Shown here: one piece after another, positions 39,140 to 52,002 of the stretch
Layout: every line of letters begins with the position of its first letter
Numbering within the stretch: the stretch's first letter is position 1
Origin: Syncephalis fuscata S228
Lineage: Eukaryota; Fungi; Zoopagomycota
DNA length: 64,000 nt
Direction: 5' to 3'
NCBI GenBank assembly: GCA_025786725.1
Contig: JAHLTZ010000005.1
Location: forward strand, 496,001 to 560,000
Notes under the pieces: model-generated
Databases searched by the model: none
Told to the model about the DNA's origin: nothing
What the model saw: only the letters and a program-made list of their open reading frames with translations
Program-made: the position numbers and the translations under genes

Positions 39140-41865
39140 ATGTATACATTGTGGAAGGAGCTCGTTCCGCCTACAGCTGTGGAGCATGCCATTACTGCTG
39201 TGCTGACGGCGCCTCAAGATTCGCTACCTAATCTAGTAATATGTCGCGATTCTATACTCCAGATATTTAGCGTGCAGGAAAAAGATGAACTGGAGATCGA
39301 GGAAGAGGACAATGGTAACGATACGCATGCTCATGCGGCAGCCGATGTCAACGAGGAATCGGTAAGCGTTATTCTATACAATATGGTTGACTAGTTGGAC
39401 GCGCGATTATGAACTAATAGGCATGTGGTACTTGGTAGGGCGGCACTTATATTAAACTAATGCCCAAGAATACGCGTAAGACGGCACGACTTGTTCTGGC
39501 ACATGAACGTCGACTGCATGGTGTCATTGCGTCTACTTCTGCTATACGTACGGCCAATTCGGCGCGTTTAGGTCGAGATAGTTTACTAGTGGCTTTTAAA
39601 GATGCCAAAGTAAGTGACAATAATTATAAATAATAACAATAACAATAACAATAACAATAATCTATTAAAATTAGATGTCATTATTAGAATGGTGTCCTGA
39701 AACATACTCGCTTATTACTGTATCGATTCATCACTATGAAAATGATGGATATCGACGTGAATTTCTTGATAATCCATTACCATTGCAACTCCATGTTGAG
39801 CCAAATCATCGATGTGCTGTTATGCCAATCTACGGAACACATTTGGTTATATTGCCATTCAGACAAGATATTGCCATTAATGGTGAAGGCTCTAGGTAGA
39901 TAACTAATTACAATTCTATTAATAGCTTATTTTATTATGTTATAGTAAATGGCCATATTCACCTAGTTGTGTTGTACCATTGACGGATATCGCATCTGAT
40001 ATTAAAAATATTCTTTCATTGGGATTTTTAAATAACTTTTACGAACCTACACTTGCTTTATTGTATGAATCAGCCGAGACATGGGCCGGGTAAGTGTCGA
40101 TTATATTTGGAAATCAAATGGAACACGAATAACAAACTTTTGTATTGATATGACTATTCAGTCGATTGGTTGAGCGTAAAGATACATGTGAGCTTGTTGT
40201 TGTGTCGCTAGATGTAGTCAATCGCAAATTTCCAGTCATCTATCGACGAGAGCATCTACCATATGATGCACATAGCATTATTCCAGTACCAGCACCATTG
40301 GGTGGAGTATTGGTCTTAACAAACTCTACTATTATTTATATCGATCAGGGTACACCAGGTGTAGGTACGGCTATTAATGAGTACACTGCCGAAATTACAG
40401 CTTTCCCACATTTAAATACAAATACCGCGGCCAAATTGAATATCAGTCTTGATGGTGCGCAAATTGTAGCCTTTCTTTCCCCAGTACGAGCTCTACTGGC
40501 CCTATCGACCGGTGAATTGTATCTAATTGAGCTAGTCCAAGATGGTCGATCTATCACTGATATTCATGTTGGTAAGGTTGGCGCTTCAGCACTGGCATCA
40601 TGTGGATGTCGTTTAGGCGATCAGTATGTTTTTTTGGGATCAAGAATGGCTGATGCACTGTTGATTCAATATTTGGAGGCTGAAGAAAACAAAAAACAGC
40701 AAAAGGTAGCTGCACTAGTACATAGGCTTATAGTAATTTATTAATTTATTTATTTTGTAAACGGTAATCAGTCGGTGACACGTCGAACGGGCCAATACAT
40801 GGACTTGGATATTGGTAGGAACTAAATAGTATACTAATCGGTTTGATTGCTTACAAATAGATTGCTAGATTTGTATGGAGAATCCATTGCAACGACAGCA
40901 GTGTCCGGCTCTAATGCCAATACCAAAAACGACAACGAGAATATTAAAGTTAACGGGCAAGATACTTCAACTTTAGCTAAATTGTACGATTTTCGTGTAT
41001 GTGACAGTCTTCCAGCCATCGGTGCTATTACGGGTATGGCAGTGGCCAGATCTGTAACAAACATGGAGGTAATAACAAACATAGCGTTTTATACAATGTA
41101 TATTTACTTTGTATTTATTTCAGGATATGGAAGAGAAGCGAGATGATCGCCGTTTGGATGTTGTTATGTCGACGGGATATGGTAAGAATGGCAGTTTGGC
41201 AATTATACGTGTAAGTCTTACTATATAAACTGCCATGATACTAATCGATGGTGTAGAAATCGATTCGACCGGCAGATATTAGTGAATTTGAATTGCCTGG
41301 TTGTCGGTCCTTGTGGACACTGCGTTGTCAGCGGGAAAGATCTTCTTATTGGTTCAAGAGGCATATGATCGATTTCTACTAATATCGCGTGATAATTCAA
41401 CTATGGTAATGACTGGAAAAGAATTAGATAGGAGTATTGGCATTTGTATTTATTTACACACAATAACTGTAGATTTTGGAGACTGGTGATGAACTACAAG
41501 AAATGGAAACTGGTGATTTCAACACCACTCGTCCTACAGTGGCAGCAGCTAGTGTGCTACAAGATACCCACATCATACAAGTAGATGTTATTGATGTTCG
41601 CCTGCTTAATGCCGGTAATTACAAACCACCGTTTATTGCAATGAATAGAATTAACATTTTTAGAGGCGAAGCTGGTACAATTGGTTCCATTTAGCAAGGA
41701 AAGTTCCTCATCAAGAATAGTATCGGCCCAGATTAGTGATCCATACGTTTTATTGATATCAAATATGGGCCGCTTTGCCGTATTACAAGTCAATGCTACA
41801 ACATCTGATTTGAAGTTGTGTCAGCCATTAAGTTTGATTAAAGTGGGTACAATGGGCGAATGGTG

Positions 41866-41896
<31 letters not shown>

Positions 41897-44800
41897 CTAA
41901 TAAAGGCGGTTTATACATTTAGGATCGACGAGTTATTTGTGGCTGTATTTGTATTGATACAACGGGACAATGGAAACGATGGCACCAAGTTGCATCGACA
42001 ACAACTACAAAATCAACTGAAAAAACAAAGTCATTATCTAACACAGCTACAGCTATCCGTGCTAATAATAATAGCCATATTAATGGAGATAGTATACCAG
42101 TGATGCCAATACTGGTAAAGTGGATATGGATGATATAGATATGGAACTATATGGACATACAACTACAACGACAACGACAACGGCAACAGCTTCTGATGAG
42201 GTAGCGCCATCAACTGATATGGAATTGACGGAAGAAACAAGTGACGTGAATGTAAATCATGTAACAGATACTAGTCTTAACCCTGCGCCTACTACTTATT
42301 GGTGCATGCTTTATCTGGAAGATGGTAGTTTAGAGGTAGGCTTTTATTCATTTATTTGCATTTTACTAGATGTAGACTAATATTGGCGGTCAATTAGGTT
42401 CTAGCATTGCCTACCATGGAGCATGTAATGACAATATCACGATTTGATTTGGCTCCTACTACTTTGGTTGATGCATTTTTAAATCCAAAGGATACAACGC
42501 CTACTACATGGCCTGATGCCACGACTCAGCTACAAGAACTGTTAGCTGTTCACTTTGGTTTAGACCAACAGGATATGCATCTAATGGTAGGTATAGTTAT
42601 TAAGCATTTGCATAGGTATTATAAGCGTATATTGATTATTATGCTATTTTATTCTATAGGCTGTTAATCGTAGTGGTGACGTGCTAGTATATCGTCCATT
42701 TATTGCCAATGCCAACGATCAGGCTGACGTGGCACCGAATCGATTGGCCATTCGGTTCCGTCGAATCCCGATTGAATCCAAATTTAAAGCACCTCGTAAT
42801 AAGCCACAGCCAACACCCACCGATAATACGGCAGTTTCTTTGGTGGACAATACGCCACCTATCCAGATTTGAGTGACTACAATCTTGAAGGCGATAAAGA
42901 TGACGATCAACATGAACGAAGACAGCGACTTGTACCGTTTCACAATATTAACGGCTGTTCAGGCGTATTTCTACTTGATCAGCAATATTCAGCCTGGCTT
43001 ATTTACACGCCACATCAGTGCATGCATCTATATCCAATGTTATCACCGGCTGTTGACAGCTTTACACCTTTTCATAACATTCACTGCTCTCATGGCTTTC
43101 TTTATTACTCACAACAAGTAAGATGAGATTAATACAATTTATTGATAGCTAATGAATTATGATTATTATAGACATTACACATCTCACAGTTGCCCGATGG
43201 ATGGAATTATGATTTGCCATGGCCATTGCGTAAAGTGCCATTACATCGTACAGTAAGTCGTATTGCCGCACATCCACCTACAGAGATGGTGGCCGTTGCT
43301 ACATCGACACCAGTGCCGTTCCATATGAAAGATGAACCAGTAGATCCAAATTACCCTCCCAGTAAGTAGATGAAAAAAGACGAAGAGCTAGTACTTTATT
43401 AAATTGCTATACCAACTAATGTTGATGAACTAGTTACACAGCCTATGGTGGGTGCTCACGCATTGGAGCTATTTACACCAGTGACATGGGAGCAAATTGA
43501 TCGGTAAGTTGACTGATTAATTGTTTGTTTGTTTACTTAACAGCATTAATAATATTAATTAAATAGATTTGAATTCGAGACAAATGAGCGTGTGTTATGC
43601 ATGAAGTGTACCACACTTGCCACCAATCAAACATTAACCGGAAAAGGAGAATTTATTGTTGTGGGCACAGGATATATATGGGGCGAAGATATTTCTACAA
43701 AGGGTCGGGTAAGCATAGAGTAGCTGCAATTAGCCAATAGCTTATACTTGTGAATGAATCACGCAATTTGACTAGGTTTATATATTTGATGTCATGGAAG
43801 TGGTGCCGGAACCAGATAGACCACAGAAAAATCATAAACTAAAATTGCGTTGTAAAGAAGAAGTTAAAGGCGCAGTGACTGTGGTTGATGGCATTAAAGG
43901 CTTTTTACTAACATCAGTTGGACGTCAAGTAAGAGAAAATCGACAGCAATCCTATTGATATTCATCATTGTATTGGGCACTAGGTTGTATTGCAAGATTT
44001 TGAAGATACAGAACGATTGAATGGCATTGGCTTTTTAGACACACAAATATATCTAACAAGTATTGCGTGTATGAAGCATTTAATGCTATTGGGCGATCTA
44101 TGTAAAGGTGTTTGGTTTGTTGGTTTCCAGGTGGGTCATTATCGTTGAGGCTATGGCAATGATATTGAATGTCATCTCATTGATAGGAGGAACCGCCGCG
44201 AGTAACGCTTTTAGGCAAAGACATGGGCTCATTATCAGTAACCTGCAATGAATTTATTGTTGATGGGTCTACTGTGTATTTCGCCGTGGCCGATACAGAT
44301 GGCAGTATGCATCTATACTCTTACTCGCCATATAGTAAGTGCCAAGCATTGATGGCTATACTATTTCTTACAATAATAATAAATTACATTGCAGATGTAC
44401 AGTCGTTTAATGGACAACGACTGATTCGCCGTGGAGATATTGTTCTTGGATCACCTGCTCGCTCTATGCTTCGATTACCGCTAGCCGATCAACATAATAA
44501 AGTTAATCAGACACTATGTTTATGCGGTAAGTTATCGATTAATGACAAGTTAAATAAATCGTTTAATAATTATGGCTATACTAACTACTGTTATGTGTAG
44601 GATTGGAAAATGGATCAGTAGGCGTATTAAAACCGGTTGCCGATAAGCCTTACAAACGTATGCAATTGCTAAGTGCCCGATTAATCCACGGCTTGCAACA
44701 CTTGGCTGGATTGAATCCAAAAGCATATCGGTAAGTACAGCTATTTCAATAGGTTACTATTAATATATTTAACACTTCTGCTACAGAACAATATCGGCCA

Positions 44801-44976
44801 AGCATCGTATGGCCTATAATCCAGTACGGTCCATATTGGACGGTGATCTACTTACCATGTACACTCTATTGCCGTTGGCAAGACGACGAGAGATGGCCAA
44901 ACAGGCCCGTACCACTGACCAACAGCTTATGCACGATCTATTCGATGTACACTGTTGGTCGGACACGATATTTTAA
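39140..44976 (+). CDS. CFT1: Cleavage and polyadenylation specificity factor subunit 1 (Cft1/CPSF160), many exons
   Basis: KELVPPTAVEHA, RDSLLVAFKDAK|MSLLEW, TVSIHHYE, FYEPTLALLYE...TWAG, LPYD...PAPLGGVLV, VFLGSRMADALL, TGYGKNGSL, FHNIHCSHGF, EVVPEP...NHKLK, EEVKGAV, AGLNPKAYR, ILDGDLL. Confidence 0.96.
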
Positions 44977-45361
44977 TTATTAAATAAACAGCATCTCTTG
45001 TTTCTTGTACTAGTTGGTATACAACAAATAATCAATCAATATTCAATAGTGACAATAAAGCATTAGTAAAATAAACCATTTGTTTCTATATTTAAAAGCA
45101 TTGCTATTAATTTGTTAATAGTTTTAAGAAGCTACTGTACTTTGACTCCCACATTCTTTTTATTTACTCATTTCACTCCCTTTTTCTTATTGCTATCTTA
45201 TTGTTCTATTCATTGATATATTACATGATAATGTTAAATATAACAATATAAATAACATGTATATTTAAACATTAATAAAAACATTATTCAATTCCTAGTC
45301 TTTATTTCTCTTATTTACATCAACACCTGTTCAAGTAACCTCAACGGCATACCGTATATTT

Positions 45362-45745
45362 TGGTTACAACTGTCACCACAATATCTTCCTGGTGAAAAC
45401 ACTCATCCTATCATTATTGCATATGGTGAAGACCATTTGTTTTATCAATGTTTGGCAAATAAACTGCGCCTACCAAGTTGATACCAAGTATACTCAAGAC
45501 AGTGGTGAACATCAAAAATGCTAATTGTCCTACCTTTTTTAGCATTATAGATGAGTATCTTACATCGTAAATTTGCCCAAAATGCTATAATAAATATTAG
45601 AACTAAAAAAATCATTCAGATGCAACAACAAATGCAGAATGACATGGAATTGCAATCAATGGCTTTTATTAATATTCAATCAATCTTTCTACACATGGCC
45701 AACAGCAATAATGATCAGTCTCGTGAATTTCAAGTAATCAAATGA
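45362..45745 (+). pseudogene. Degenerate Fanzor/TnpB-like nuclease relic B (RuvC-II, Zn finger and RuvC-III only)
   Basis: HPIIIAYGEDH/..SMFGK*TAPTKLIPSILKTVVNIKNANCPTFFSIIDEYLTS*ICPKC (IDEYLTS 45547-45567; ICPKC 45571-45585), then /FRCNNKCRMTWNCN/MAFINIQSIFLHMANSNNDQSREF. Confidence 0.85.
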
Positions 45746-45877
45746 AAACACTATACTTGTGTTTTGTTATGCATAACAGCAGTAACAGTGGCCATTCTAC
45801 AATCACTTTGTTACAATTGACTTAAATTGAAACGAATTTTGCCTTGGTGACTTCAAATATGGGAGTCAGAGTACAGT
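45745..45877 (+). ncRNA. Candidate Fanzor omega-RNA (fRNA) scaffold
   Basis: Lies between the Fanzor stop and the right element end. Four potential stems: AAAACAC/GTGTTTT (45745-45765), palindrome TGTTATGCATAACA (45765-45778), GTAACAGTG/CACTTTGTTAC (45782-45814), TGACTTC/GGAGTCA (45848-45868). Expression unknown. Confidence 0.5.
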
Positions 45878-46490
45878 TTAGCCGGGCTATAATGCAAAAT
45901 AATAGAAATATATAATAAAATATTACTTTTAGAATTGGTAGCTATATAACACTTTTCATTATTTTTGTCAAATTTGCCGAATTGCCAAGTCAAGATTATA
46001 CACAAAATCGATTATCAATTTGAAAATATTAACCATGCGCGTGGCGTGAAAAGGCGCAATTCAGTCTAGGCCTGGACCATTAGGCGAACATCGCTGATTT
46101 GTGTTCATTCTCAACATACTTGTTTAGTAAAAACGCATGGTCTGTTTATCGACCGGTAGCTAAACAAATAAATTTAGCTCACCATTAGCAATGGTTTATC
46201 CGGTATATCAATTATTCCTAACAAGCATGCTTGTATAGAACAATATAACTATGGTTTTAGAGACGCGCGTTGTAGGTTGTACAACCAGGACAACATGCAC
46301 CTATTGCATAACACATTACCCAATAGTTATCAAGTAAAAGTCCCTAATATTCGTCAAGGCAATGCTTCATACTAGCGTTAATTCTACATTATGATTAGCA
46401 CAACTTTACCTAATCCACCTATCCTTTGTTAATCTTTTTCTTTTCAATTATTATTTTATTATTATTATTATTTAGAATTATTTATTTATA

Positions 46491-47407
46491 ATGGATAGTG
46501 CTGATACACAATTGCTATGGGGATTCATACCATTAGATCCATCGGGAGAAATCTCAATTTGGAATTTTCTTATGGAACATAAAGATATAGAGGATGCGCG
46601 AATGCGTGCTCATAGCCATTACGTTCAGGCGTTTATGACTGTTGTGCTACTTGTTATATTTATACGCAATACATACTACGCGGCACTGTTAATTTACACT
46701 AAGCCAAGAAGTGTAGCCAGTTGGTGCTGTTTTTTTCAGGCACTAATGGGAACCATATCGGGAATACTTAATATGACCACAGGCTTACCAGGAGGATTTT
46801 CGTGTCGCATATGCAACTGGGTCTATTCGCTTGGCATTACAATATCAAGCATTTGTGTCAGTCTGTGTCTATTAATCAGGGCCTACATTATTACCAACAA
46901 AAGTGCTTTTTTACTTTTTGCGGGGATACTTCTTATCATACCACTCCCAGCAACAGTCTGGATATTTTGGGTTAAAAGTATATCAAAAAACACGGTTGAC
47001 GCAGCGTGTGTTAGCATATTTCCTTCGTATCTACCGTGGTTCCGTCTTGGACTCGATGTTTCCATTAACACCGTATTCTCGGCCATTTTTCTTGATGTAG
47101 TTATCCAGCAATATCGCACCATAGGCAATAAGTGCTGGAAACGACTACAGTCTGATGGTATTATTTACTTGCTTGGTGTAACTGTATCCAACATTTCCTG
47201 TGCGCTTATCGTTGCATTCCAGTTTATTGGCGGTTTTAGCGAAATGATGTTTTTAGTTGATTGTAAGTACAAGCTATTATTATATACAAGTATTATAGCT
47301 AACAGCATATAGGGATGGTAACCTCTACACTGCTTATTCACCAACATAGAGGAATGCAAAAAGCGTTTAATACTTATCACCATTTGAATCACAGAAAATC
47401 TAACTAA
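46491..47407 (+). CDS. Orphan GPCR-like 7TM protein, distant paralog of the 29-37 kb array
   Basis: IFIRN, ASWCC, FSCR, LLIRAY, ACV...PSYLPWFRLGLD, QYR...CWKRL..DGI; intron also inside the DW codon. Confidence 0.8.
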
Positions 47408-48073
47408 ACATTATATTTAGCATAGCATTGAGCTAATAAAAGTGTTGCATGCATATAATTATCTTAATTTTTATATACTGCATATTAATTCGACATGACA
47501 CTAATATTTGCGCCAAGAACGTCAAACTAAAATGCACAATATATCACATGACAACTATGTTGTGATAATTTTTGACGAAACAGCAGAAAATAATACTAGT
47601 GTGAAGACCATTACTTATTAAAAATAAACAATCACGTGCGTAGTTTTTAAATCAATAATCGCAGTCCTTCATAAAATAGCATGTTGCTATTTGTAGCGAA
47701 GTAATAAAATTTAATCCACGTGGTAGATTGGTATATTACTTGTAAAAAAATCTCTAACGCTTAACAATAGTGCATTCTAATAACAGATAACTAATTAACA
47801 TTTAGTCCGCTGAACAGCCAAAAACAAATAGTAATTAAATCGTGCTTACAAAAAAAGTAATTTTAGCGGATGTTTAATTAGTCACATGGAGCTGTAACAA
47901 AAGCACGTAGTTACCCCGTGCAATTTAACAGTAATTGTAATGTATACTAAATTTAGATATGTTGAGCAAGCATACATAAAAGGCACACTTTTTTATCAGA
48001 ATTAATACTTATCATTCAAAAACACTATTCATCACTTTTACGATACACTTCTACCTATTGAATTGACTTCATT

Positions 48074-48490
48074 ATGGTTGCTATTTCTAAAACTACGATT
48101 GCTATTATTGGCATTGCTTTCATGGCCGCAAACTTACCTTTAGGCTCTGCTTCACCTGTTTGGCCTGCTTGGTTTAAATTCCAAAAGACAAACAAAAATC
48201 CTATAAGTGCAATAGTTAAACCAGTGTTTGATACAGTAAACCCCGGTTTAATAGTACAAGCAAATAAACAGCCTATTATCAATCAATCTGTCCGCCCAGC
48301 CAATAGCCAGTCAGGCTTGGTGATGTCAAATCAAGTTCCAAGTCTTAATAGCGGCAAATCTTCAAACTCGCTAAACAATAATCAAGTTTCAAACCTTAAT
48401 GCTGCTCAACCTGCAAATACTCAATTTAAGGAAAATGAGCCTATTGTGAGGAAAGAGGGGTATAAACCACAAACGACATTCCAATTGTAG
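48074..48490 (+). CDS. Small secreted protein (138 aa), Asn/Gln/Ser/Pro-rich, Cys-free
   Basis: MVAISKTTIAIIGIAFMAANLPLGSA-SP signal peptide; single exon; CATAAAA about 100 nt upstream. Confidence 0.7.
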   Translation: MVAISKTTIAIIGIAFMAANLPLGSASPVWPAWFKFQKTNKNPISAIVKPVFDTVNPGLIVQANKQPIINQSVRPANSQSGLVMSNQVPSLNSGKSSNSLNNNQVSNLNAAQPANTQFKENEPIVRKEGYKPQTTFQL

Positions 48491-48744
48491 TCTTTGTCAG
48501 ACGATAAACAAAATCTTATTACAAAGCATTTTTAATTGGTAAAACTTTATGATTTTACCTTTAGTTTAATAAAGTTATTTTAGAATCATTTATTTAATTA
48601 TTAGCTTCACATCAACTAATTTGTAAACATTTTATTAATAATATATATATGTGTGTGTGTGTAGTCAGTAATAAACATCATTGAAATATCTTATAATGTT
48701 CTACTTTTAAATTTGATATATCGTTGCATAAGATATTTATATGT

Positions 48745-50614
48745 TTAGGCTACTTCTGTAATTTCCTTTTGATTGGATGAATGAGCCGGCAATTCCTTAG
48801 TATCCAGAGGCAACGGTTTTACCATAGCAAAAGCAATGACCGCCAAAATAACTATTGGAATTAGTACGTAATATTGTGCACATAAGGAGTTGGCGTGAAT
48901 TTCTAGTATTTGTTTTTTCAATGGTGTTGTTAGATTGTGAATTAAATTTGTGGATTGCAAACTGCCCGATGGAAGTAATTTGTCGAGTCCTGCTTTTGCC
49001 AGCGATAATGTCAACTTATTGTTGAATATGGATCCTCCGACGGCCAATCCCACCACACCACCAATTGCCTGAAAGAAGCCCGTTAGTGCGGTAACAATAG
49101 CCGAGTTTTCAGCAGTTACGGAGGCTTGGGCGGCAAGTGCTATAGTCTGCATGACACAACCAAATCCAACGCCTAGAATAATCATCGCACAGATTTCTAA
49201 AGCCGGATTTGACTCAACTTTAAATAAAGTAATAAAAGTAAATCCAAGTGCTGCCAGCAGCATGCCTAGACACAGGAAAAGACGATAGCACCATTTTCCG
49301 ATCCGTGCAGCAATTGTGCTTGAGACTATGGCCATAAGCGAGACAGATACCACAAATGGCAATAATACCATACCGGATTTAGTGGCAGAGTATTCGCGAA
49401 CAGTTTGAAAGAATACCGGCAGGTAATAGATGGGGCAGAAAAATCCCCAGCCCATAAAAAAACAGCCGATGCATATGGCGCTAACAGAAGTAGAGCGGAA
49501 GATGCTGAGCGGAATAATGGGTATATTGGCTACCCGATATTCTACCAAAAGAAATAAAAGGAGAAGGAGAGCAGCAGTAGAGAAAAGCACAATGATAATA
49601 ATTGAATTCCATGCGTACATAGTGCCGCCCCAATTGATGGCGAGGACCAACGCTACGCAAAATGCCATGATCAGGAATGTGCCTAGGTAGTCGATACGCT
49701 TGAGCTTTTCCAATGTTGATCCAGAAGGCCCCTTTAGCTTTAAGGTAAAAGCAACAGTGACAATAGTGATGGCACCAATTGGCAAGTTGATGTAAAAGGC
49801 CCAGCGCCAGGTAAGATGGTCGGTAAAGAATCCTCCTAGCAATGGGCCAATCACGCTACTAAAGCTAAAAATAGCGCCGATAATACCGGCATATTGTCCT
49901 CGTTGGCGAGGTGGAACAATGTCTATATTAAGATGCTAGTGGTTAGACAAGTACATTGTAGTAAAGAAAACTTACCACTGATAATTATCATAGTCATCGT
50001 AAGAAAGCCACCACCACCAATGCCGGCAATAGCGCGCATGATAATAAGTGTTACGATGTTTGGAGCTATGCCACATCCAAAGGATCCTGCAAGGAATACT
50101 ACCGTTGCAGCAAGAAAAACGGGCTTTCTTCCAAAAATGTCGGAAAAACGTCCATAGAGAGGGCGTGTTGCGGTGCTAGTTAGCAAGTAAGCAGCACCAA
50201 TCCAGGAAACTTGATCTAGAGCATTAAAATCTGAGGATATTTGAGGGAGTGCGGTTGTGATGATGGTCTGATCGAGAGATGCTAGAAAAATAATCAATGC
50301 AAGGCTATAATAGCAACACATTGTCAGTAAAATACAAAAAACACCGCTAACACTTACCCAATCATAATTGTCATCTTTTGATATAATGACATGCGTGAAA
50401 TTTCGTAAGTTTCTTCATTTTTTTCGCAGTGTATAATAGTGCTTGCACTGATACTTTCGGATCGAGTAGATATAGGTGATGGAGGGTAGGCGATCAGCGT
50501 TGTACGAGAGTTAAAATAATCATTGGTTTTCAAAGTAAATAACTTTTCATGCGTAACTGTTTTGTCGCGTTCGTTATCCCATACGACTTGCTCAACAAGT
50601 TGTGTAGGCGCCAT
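48745..50614 (-). CDS. MFS drug:H+ antiporter, DHA2 (14-TM) type, copy 1
   Basis: [72 protein letters not shown]; two introns. Confidence 0.93.
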
Positions 50615-52002
50615 ATTTGACAATTAAAAGTGATTAAGACTTGATGTAGTGTTTAAAGAAATCGTAAAATGTTGTTTCGCAAAAAAATCCAGCAAGAATA
50701 GTCTAACTATTAATGAAAAAATTTTATGCTTTAGCGTAATAGATTAGTATGAAATGAAGTGGATACTAAACATTAAGATACTGTGTATATCGATCTTTAT
50801 TTAAATGGTTAGCTGTCTAGCTAGGTTGGCTTTAGCCGAGAATAGGCCTCGATTAGTTTAAAATTTAATACTGTGTTGCTATTTTTGTTTAATATTCCGC
50901 ATGATTTGCATGGGGCGTCTTAAACTACTTTCAGATTAAGAAGTATTGGAAGCAAATGAATATGATATGGATGGACTGCAATTTATTAAAATGTGTTATT
51001 AGATGGTTATTATATAGCCACTAGATATTTATTAGTCAAGTGGTAAATTTAGTATGTTTGTATTACTATGTACTTTGATAAAGTACATTTGTTCAAATGA
51101 GGAATCAGTACAAGGCGTTTATTTGGTGATCAGGCCTTGTAATACGTGTATATGAATGTAATGTAATCACATTATTTTTAACAGCTGCATATAAATGTTA
51201 CTTGCATATTTAGCAGCAATGATAATTACGGTTCAGACATGTGCTGTTAATGCTACAACACACGCTTCTGTATTTGTGCTGCTGTACACTTGAGTTAGAG
51301 CCTTAAGCTTAGCACTGAATTATTTAAAATTAGCACCACGCATTTTGATTTATTTCAAAACTATTTTTGCTAGCCAGGCATCAGCCAGGCATCGCTAGCA
51401 TGGCCTTTTTCCACAGACAAGACAGCAATATTAGGCCAATTTTTTAAGTTCGGCTTTTACAGTAGCACAGTCTCCATTTGCAAGTCCACGCAAGGCCAAT
51501 TTCTTTAAACTGGTGTTAACAATCATCTTTTATTAAATAAAAATATCAAAAATGAAAAAAAATATAAAAAAAAGGTGAATAATTAGAATCAGGTTGCAAG
51601 GGACACTGTTGTTGTGAGCACAAGGCCAATTTTATAAAATACCATATCGGATTATTTTTACCCGTGCATAGTAGTTGCTACTAGAGTAGCACACGTGTTG
51701 CTAATAACCAAGTTTAAACCGAATGATACTTATGGCATTTGGCCTTTAAAGTTCAAATAATAAAAATTTTAGTTTATTATAACAACAACACATATATACA
51801 TAATAAGTGTATATACCAATATATTATTGGCCCGGCATTGAATATAAAACCTGTTGAAGGGCCGAATAGCACAAAAGTTTGCAAGGTCACTATTAAAAAT
51901 ATTAGGCTACTAAGGCCTTAAACTCAGCATGCTATCTCCACATTATATTGTTTTTACGGGCCAATTAAAACATTTTAAATGCTCTTCAACTTAATAATAA
52001 AA

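Larger units (their letters stand above)
45134..45877 (+). mobile_element. 744-bp non-autonomous TIR DNA transposon carrying a Fanzor 3' fragment
   Basis: Left TIR ACTGTACTTTGACTCCCACATT (45134-45155) against the reverse complement of 45856-45877, ACTGTACTCTGACTCCCATATT: 20/22 identical. No transposase inside. If the TIRs are taken as CTGTAC...GTACAG, the flanks are TA (left) and TT (right), a possibly decayed TA duplication. Confidence 0.8.

Noticed and set aside
11912-44976. Frameshifts in NCS2 (about 13392), GNAT, UGT, UTP25 (about 23186), 3-beta-HSD and CFT1 (about 41340) as pseudogenisation or programmed frameshifting
   Set aside because: They are scattered small indels in otherwise intact, often essential genes, with no slippery-site pattern. 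Residual long-read assembly error is the simplest explanation; short-read polishing would test this.
45551-45745. 64-aa ORF (and ORFs 1178-1393, 1245-1439, 1423-1638) as real small genes
   Set aside because: They are out-of-frame pieces or antisense shadows of the decayed Fanzor relics.
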